64,000 nucleotides of DNA from Octopus vulgaris (Eukaryota). The first letter of the stretch is position 1. Each line of letters starts with the position of its first letter. Shown piece by piece: positions 57,115-64,000 of this stretch. The stretch covers positions 7,316,001-7,380,000 of the forward strand of contig OX597838.1 in the NCBI GenBank assembly GCA_951406725.2, written 5' to 3'. The notes under the pieces are model-generated. The model did not search any database. It worked only from the letters and a program-made list of their open reading frames with translations, and was not told the origin of the DNA. The position numbers were made by a program, and so were the translations under genes.

Positions 57115-57254
57115 AGTATATATATGTATATATACTTATATATATGTGTATCTTCAGGCGGTTCAAGTGTATATAGACACACACCAAACACAGGAATAAG
57201 AGCAAAAGCGAGAGACGCGCATAAATATGTGACCAGTCGAACCAAGCGAAACAC

Positions 57255-57350
57255 AGTAACCGATGCGTCTGCCTCCGCAGTTATAAAGACAGTGGAAACC
57301 TTTAAACATATCGCTAATAGCCCATTGGTCTAATTAAGTTTGGCGCATGA
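57255..57350. promoter_or_regulatory. Candidate core-promoter motif cluster
   Basis: TATAAAG at 57282-57288, ATTGG (CCAAT reverse) at 57324-57328, TAATTA at 57331-57336, E2F-like TTTGGCGC at 57339-57346 in CpG-containing unique DNA; motif matches only. Confidence 0.25.
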
Positions 57351-58072
57351 TATAGAGAAGCTATCACTTAAAAGTTCCACCGAAGAATATTCTGCACGGT
57401 TCTGCAACTTAAACAGATAATTTGAGAGCGCAGAGGTGAAGAGGAGAGAATGCGAGTTAGAGAGGAGAGCGAATAATGATTTGGGTAGGAAAGAAGAAAG
57501 AGGAAAGAGGAATGAAGAATGAAGAATGAAGAATTGAATGAATGGGAAGAAGGAGAGAGAGGAGGAGAAGGAGAAGGAGAGGGAGGATGGAATCAGGTGA
57601 GCCATTGGAGGAAGAAGCGAAGGGGTAGCGAGAGGTGATGCAACCAATGAAATCGATGCAAAGCTAAGCCATTGTGATAGGAATCTGCAAGAATTTTGGC
57701 AGCGATCCAAGAGATTAGCATGCATAATGGTAATTTCTGTCTATCATTCTGTACTTAGTGTCTGTCGATGTTGAAGTGATTACAGATAATGAACAGGTAT
57801 AGCGTTGATTTCTTTGACCAAACTTGAAAATGGTGCAGAATGGTTATACAAACCAGTCGGAACCGTTTGTCAGAAACTCTGTTAATGGCAAGTTAATATA
57901 CTTATATGCATGTATAATATTCACAACACACAAACACACACGCACACACACACACATACACACATGCACACATACAAACACACAAACATAGACATACATA
58001 AATGCATACACGTATACATATATGAATGTTATACATACATGATGCATATATAAATATGTATATGTGTGTGTG

Positions 58073-58110
<38 letters not shown>

Positions 58111-58199
58111 TAAATATATATACATGCATATACATACTTACCTCATACTCATACACACATATGCATATATGTGTATATGTATATATATGTATAATATAT

Positions 58200-58362
58200 A
58201 TATATATATTGCGTGTGTGTATGTGTTTGGGAGAACATGGGACAGTATAAACATACACATTTGTATATGTGCGCGTGTGTGTATAAGGTATGTGTGTATG
58301 TGCGTGTATAAATGTAGATATGCACATCCATATTCTTATATAAAGATACATAAATATGTATG

Positions 58363-58407
<45 letters not shown>

Positions 58408-58500
58408 TACACACATAGCATACACACACACGCACACATATACATATGTGTATGTATATACAGTCCCATGTTCTCCCAAACACACACACACACACATAAA
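58200..58500. repeat. Inverted duplication with ~100-bp arms
   Basis: GTGTTTGGGAGAACATGGGACAGTATA (58223-58249) vs TATACAGTCCCATGTTCTCCCAAACAC (58457-58483), one mismatch, with mirrored TG/CA flanks. Confidence 0.85.
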
Positions 58501-60364
58501 CACTCATACACGCAAATACACGTATTCCATATTACCCCAGTCGACTTCGAAGAATGGAGGTTCAACAAACAATATGGCAGCCGTTAGCCTACCCACACAT
58601 GTAAAACGGTTTCAGTGGTGCAAATGTGTGCAGAACAAACAACACCTTACAGAAAGACTGGAAATACAGTTTCGTGAATATTTTTCAACAGAATAACTCA
58701 TCTTCTTGCACAACCATTCATGTGATGAATCGATTTAAATCCACCATCTATCCCATTGTTATCTGATTTATCGATCCGGCAGGAAGGTAATTCTTCGATA
58801 GAAATTCAGAGCTGAAAAGAATAAAAAAGGAAAGAAAATCCACAATGCGTTTCCTCCAACAAACACACTGTCGGTTTTGTACTCCGGAGTCATTACGCTA
58901 CTGTTGCTTTCGTGGTGTATATTCTTTGCCCAAATAAGATTTGGTTCACAAGACCTTGACCCGAAGAACTTCCAGTATTCTGTTAATAAGATGGTAAGGT
59001 GTTATTTGAAGTATGTATCATTGTTACGATATAGAACTCTATATTGTATTTTTGTCCAAGACTGGAAAATGCAAGACGCTTGCTTTGAAACCACGAAGTT
59101 CCGCTTCAGTGTCACTACGGAGCAGCTTGCGCTAGCGATTTTTACCACAGGTCCTGTGTGACCACAGCCGACTGAGCGTAATTTATACACAGAATGAAGG
59201 AGCAAGTCATACGTGTGTGTGTGGGGGGGTGTATAATAGGATGTATGTGTTTTAAGTTAGTTTACGGGAAAGGTTTTTGAATCAGCACACAAAAGCTCTC
59301 GTGTTATTGTGTCGGCTATGGCCCGGTGAATCCCAATTGCAACAACATATTTACAGAATGGTATTCAGCCGTGTCGATATCATCTAGGATAAATATATTA
59401 ATCATGATATTGGGTTGGTGCATACATACTAAGGCTTTATTTTTTAAAAAAATTATACAACAAATACAATAACAACATGTAGCAAATACATATTTAAATG
59501 ATTATTTAAATCACACAAACACACTCACGCACTTATATTTACTACAACGCAACAAGGTTCAAGCTCCCTACATGGGTGGCAACTTGGGTAATTGTCTTCT
59601 ATTCTAGCAGCGAATAGGACCAAACTGTTGTGAAGGGAATTCGCATGTGGAAGCTGTAGAACCAGCGTATTCATATATATATATATATATATATTGATTA
59701 AATAGGAGTTGGAATTGATATTAATCAATTAAAACCAGTTGCCTAGCATATTTGAAAAGTCCGAAGACTAAAAATTGTTTTTACATACAAAATTGGCGTG
59801 GAAAATGGCGATTTTGACGTCTATATCTAGCATACAGGCTGTCCACTTTTAGTGGTCAATCCTCTAAATTTTGTCTATATATATATAAAATGTTTGTATA
59901 TATATATATAATAGTTAATAAATCTTATGATATCCATCTGTTAGTTTGCAGGTATAGCACGTTTGCTGGCTTAGCATTCGTTGAGTATGTAATTAATGAG
60001 TGAGACAAAAGATGGAAGGTGCGAGAATATCTATTGATCACTACACACCAGCTGCCAAGTATTCCACCCGCGAGAGATCGATACTAGATGGGTCGAACTG
60101 ATTGTAGTCATCAATCGACATTCACGTATTTTCCATCATCCGTCTCCCTCATTAATTATGGTACTGCGGTTAGGGTGGTACGCTCAGGATTGCGAGCTTG
60201 TGGTTTCGTTTCCCAGAGCGGCGGCATTTCACATTGCTCTGCGACCATGTCGTCATCTTACATAAGGCAGATGGTGCACCTAGGTAATATCGATCTGATG
60301 GACGGAGTGAGCTTATGTGGACACAAACTTTTGAACACAACATGTGAACACAAACATTTATATA

Positions 60365-60539
<175 letters not shown>

Positions 60540-60594
60540 TACTTTATATACATGCATGTATATGCATACACACACACGTATACTTACAGTATAT

Positions 60595-62241
60595 TTTGAT
60601 TGATTGATTGATTCTAGTTTCAGCTTATGAGCTGTGGCCATGCTGGGGCACCGCCATTTGGTGTTGCTACTTGGTTTCACTTCATGGAGGCTTTCTAGCA
60701 ACTGCTATTTGGTGCATGAGAGAGTTCGATGCAGCTGCCCTCATCTGCCCCTCCCGCCGTGAAGTTGGTTCATCTGGGACACCTGACAGGAAGAGATCCA
60801 GCTTCATTTTAAAGACATCTGTATCCACCCCATGCAGGTCTCTGAGGTTCTTCGGGAGGATATTGAAGAGCTGTGGTCCTCGGAAGCCCAGGCTATCACA
60901 GAATCTTGTCCTACATCTTGATGGCAGGTTTGGAGTCCTAGGCACCACGCAGTGGCGCCCAATTCTGGCATTTGCGTAACTCTCGATGCCAAAGTTCAGG
61001 ACACTTCCCTCCAGGATCTTCCAGATGTATATTATGGCATATCTCTCCCGCCTACGCTCCAGGGAATATAATTTTAATCTCTTGAGTCTTTCCCAGTAGC
61101 TTACATTCTGCATAGAGGCTATCTTCTTTGTGTAGCTTCGTTGGATCGCCTCAAGTTCTGTGATCAACTTGACACTGGATGGTGACCACAGCTGAGAGCA
61201 ATAGTCAAAGTGGCTTAGGACAAGTGTCTTCCAGAGGACCATCATGGTTTCTTGTTCTCTTGTTCTAAAGGTTCTAAGAATCCATCCAGCCAGCCGTCTA
61301 CATTTCATTGTCAGTTTAGCAACATGTACATGAAAGGTCGCGTCATCACTCATGTGAATACACAGGTCACGCACTGATTGTGCCTCTGGGATTGCAATCC
61401 CTCCGGGTCCAGTGTATTCATTGGGTATTGCATTCAGTTTTGCATGCTGATAGTATAAAGCTTGAAACTTTCCAGCATTGAACTGCATGCTATTCTTTTC
61501 AGCCCACTTGTATTTTTCGTCCAGCTCACATTGCAAGTGTTTAGTGTCCTCAGGGTTCTGTATTGCCTGTGAAACTTTTGTATCATCTGCATAACTTGTG
61601 ATCGTGGCTCTCTGCGTGGCTGAGGGCATGTCTGAGAGGGCCATTATGAACAGTAGTGGTCCCAGAACAGTGCCCTGCGGAACACCGCTCACTATTTGTG
61701 TGTTAATGGAGGTGGCCCCATTGGCTACTACCACCTGACTTCTATCCTTCAGAAAGTCATGAAGCCATTCTCCCAGTTTTCCAACTATGTTGAGATCACG
61801 CAGTTTGTGACATATCATTCCATGATCGACTTTATCAAAGGCCTTTGCAAAGTCGAGATATATCACTTCCACATTTGAGTGGTTGAGCAGCCGTTTCAGC
61901 ACCCAGTCATAGTGTTGTAGGAGCTGAGTTAAACAGCTTCTCCCTGGTCGGAAACCATGTTGGGTGTCGGGCAGCAAGTCATTCTCTTCAAGGAAGGTGA
62001 TCAGCTTCCTTCTGACTATTCGTTCCATGACCTTGCTGATGTGTGAGGTCAGAGAGATAGGTCTATAGTTCTTGGCTTCCGCTCTGCTACCTCCTTTATG
62101 AATGGGGCATATTTTACCTTCCTTCAGTTTTCCTGGAAGTTTGCCAGCTGTAAGGAAGCTCTGAAAGAGGAACTGCTGTGGTCTTGCTAGGACTCTCTTA
62201 CATGCTTTTAGGAGGATTGCCGGGAATCCATCGGGGCCAGT
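60595..62241 (-). mobile_element. Young 5'-truncated CR1/L2-group LINE
   Basis: RT ORF, short 3' UTR with terminal stem-loop, (ATCA)n tail; direct repeat CAGTATAT at 60587-60594 and 62238-62245 (candidate TSD overlapping the 5' junction). Confidence 0.95.
60682..62241 (-). CDS. LINE ORF2 reverse transcriptase domain and C-terminus (5'-truncated, no endonuclease, ~519 codons open)
   Basis: Frame is open 71 codons upstream of the listed ATG (TGPDGFPAILLK...PIHKGG...NYRPISLTSHISKVMER); motifs QHGFRPGRSC, YLDFAKAFDKVDH, SGVPQGTVLGPLLF, YADD. Confidence 0.93.
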   Translation of the reverse strand, partial: TGPDGFPAILLKACKRVLARPQQFLFQSFLTAGKLPGKLKEGKICPIHKGGSRAEAKNYRPISLTSHISKVMERIVRRKLITFLEENDLLPDTQHGFRPGRSCLTQLLQHYDWVLKRLLNHSNVEVIYLDFAKAFDKVDHGMICHKLRDLNIVGKLGEWLHDFLKDRSQVVVANGATSINTQIVSGVPQGTVLGPLLFIMALSDMPSATQRATITSYADDTKVSQAIQNPEDTKHLQCELDEKYKWAEKNSMQFNAGKFQALYYQHAKLNAIPNEYTGPGGIAIPEAQSVRDLCIHMSDDATFHVHVAKLTMKCRRLAGWILRTFRTREQETMMVLWKTLVLSHFDYCSQLWSPSSVKLITELEAIQRSYTKKIASMQNVSYWERLKRLKLYSLERRRERYAIIYIWKILEGSVLNFGIESYANARIGRHCVVPRTPNLPSRCRTRFCDSLGFRGPQLFNILPKNLRDLHGVDTDVFKMKLDLFLSGVPDEPTSRREGQMRAAASNSLMHQIAVARKPP

Positions 62242-62246
62242 ATATG

Positions 62247-62311
<65 letters not shown>

Positions 62312-63139
62312 ATATATAATGTATATATACGCGTGTGTGTGTGTGTGTGTGTCTAAATTAGGTGGGATGGTACCAGTGCCCATGGCGCGGCTGTCTTGTG
62401 AATTTTTTGACAGTTCATTATAGACGGTGAGTAATAACGAGCGACAAAAATAGGGAAATGAAAATAACATTTTTATTACGGTAAACTAGCTAAAAGACAT
62501 GATGCTCTGCACAGAAAACAACATCTTTCTATATCCATATATATATATATATATATGCGTGTGTGTGTGTGTGGGTATGTGTATGCATGTATGTATATAT
62601 ATATATATATATATAAATATGTATATACGTTCACATATATACAGGGATATACAAACACATATACATGTATATTTATATATATATATATATATATGTGTGT
62701 GTGCGTGTGTATATGTACAGAATCATATGTATGTATATACACATATATATGTGTAAGTATATGTGGACATATGTATATATACGTATACATATATATATGA
62801 GTATGTATATATATATATATGCTTACGTACATATATGATATGAATATGTATATATGTGTATATATATATACATATACATATATATATATATACACATATA
62901 TATATATATGTATATATGTATGTATATGTATGTATATGTATGTATATGTTTATATATGTATGTATATGTATGTATATGTTTATATATGTATATCCATAAA
63001 ATAGATCTATAAGGATGTCAAACTTAATAGATGTATCAATTTGTTTTTTTTTGTGTGTATAAATCGCTACATGAAAATGGACTGGATTTATATTTCTTTA
63101 TTTTTGCTACTATTGGTATTAGTGTTACTGTTCGTGTTG

Positions 63140-63177
63140 TCGTTGTTGTTGTTATTATTATTACTATTATTATTATA

Positions 63178-63254
<77 letters not shown>

Positions 63255-63305
63255 CATTATTATTATTATTATTTTCGTTGTTGTTATTTTTGTTATCATT
63301 ATTAT
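63140..63305. repeat. (ATT)n/(GTT)n triplet array
   Basis: Directly visible. Confidence 0.97.
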
Positions 63306-64000
63306 TGGATATTGAATACTTTGGCCGGCGAATATACATCATGGCTTCCTCCGCCGAGACAGACGCTGTCTCGTAATGCTTTTAGAGTGAAACGACAGGA
63401 CGTTAAAGTAATTATCATTTATCATACTCACATAGACGTGATTGCAAATACTCTTCCGAATAAATTCTAGACATTATTTTTACGAATAGTATCATCAACA
63501 TCGACATTATTGTGACATTGGCTGAAAAGTGGACGTGATATTTTACGCCTCTTGTAACGAACATCATTGCTCATTTTCTTTCATTTTCTTTTTTTTCTTT
63601 TTCTTTTTCTAAGATCTCACCAATCCACTTCGCAGCATCTCAGAGCATTAATTCTCTTTGGAGTTGTAATAGCTATTTGATACGATGTTATGGATGCGAT
63701 CTAGGCCAGCAGATCGAGCGTGCGAGTTGTTTGTTAGTTTTTCTGTTGTTCTGGATATAGTTCTTCGTTTTAAAATCGTACAGGCAATCAAAGAAAGTTG
63801 ATAAATTCATATTCTTCTGAGATTTTCATGAAGCTTTACAAAATAGTTCATAAATCATTCTATATGTATGTAATGTTCAGAAGAGTACAAGATTAGGACT
63901 AAAACTGCCTTCGCGATCAATTGATCGACCTGACAATGTAAATTCCATCGTTTTATGTTCCTAAAGATAACACCCCTATAGGTAGGGTAGCAGGCCAAAA

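Noticed and set aside
59408-59445. Mariner-like TIR start TATTGGGTTGGTGCA (similar at ~54735)
   Set aside because: No matching opposite TIR or transposase sequence found.

Overview
AT-rich, microsatellite-saturated animal genomic DNA. I infer an octopus (coleoid cephalopod) because the SINE families resemble those I recall from Octopus; this is not verified by search. No host protein-coding exon can be supported, and almost all listed ORFs are translations of (TA)n/(CA)n/(GATA)n/triplet repeats. The interpretable content is mobile DNA. Non-LTR retroelements: a 5'-truncated CR1/L2-type LINE with an uninterrupted ~519-codon RT frame (60595-62241, -), a decayed second CR1-type LINE, an RTE 3' end with three C2H2 fingers and two R4/Dong-like 3' ends. 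DNA elements: a decayed piggyBac, a tandemly amplified Tc1-type MITE and Helitron/Helentron-like elements. There are also about 25 tRNA-derived SINE copies. The most interesting signal is a set of minimal type-I hammerhead ribozyme motifs, all on the minus strand, in short non-coding repeats. One lies downstream of a tRNA-derived Pol III head, suggesting a SINE/ribozyme (Penelope-type) hybrid. Two SINE tails match LINE-type 3' ends in the same window, and LINE and ribozyme insertions show a strong strand bias.
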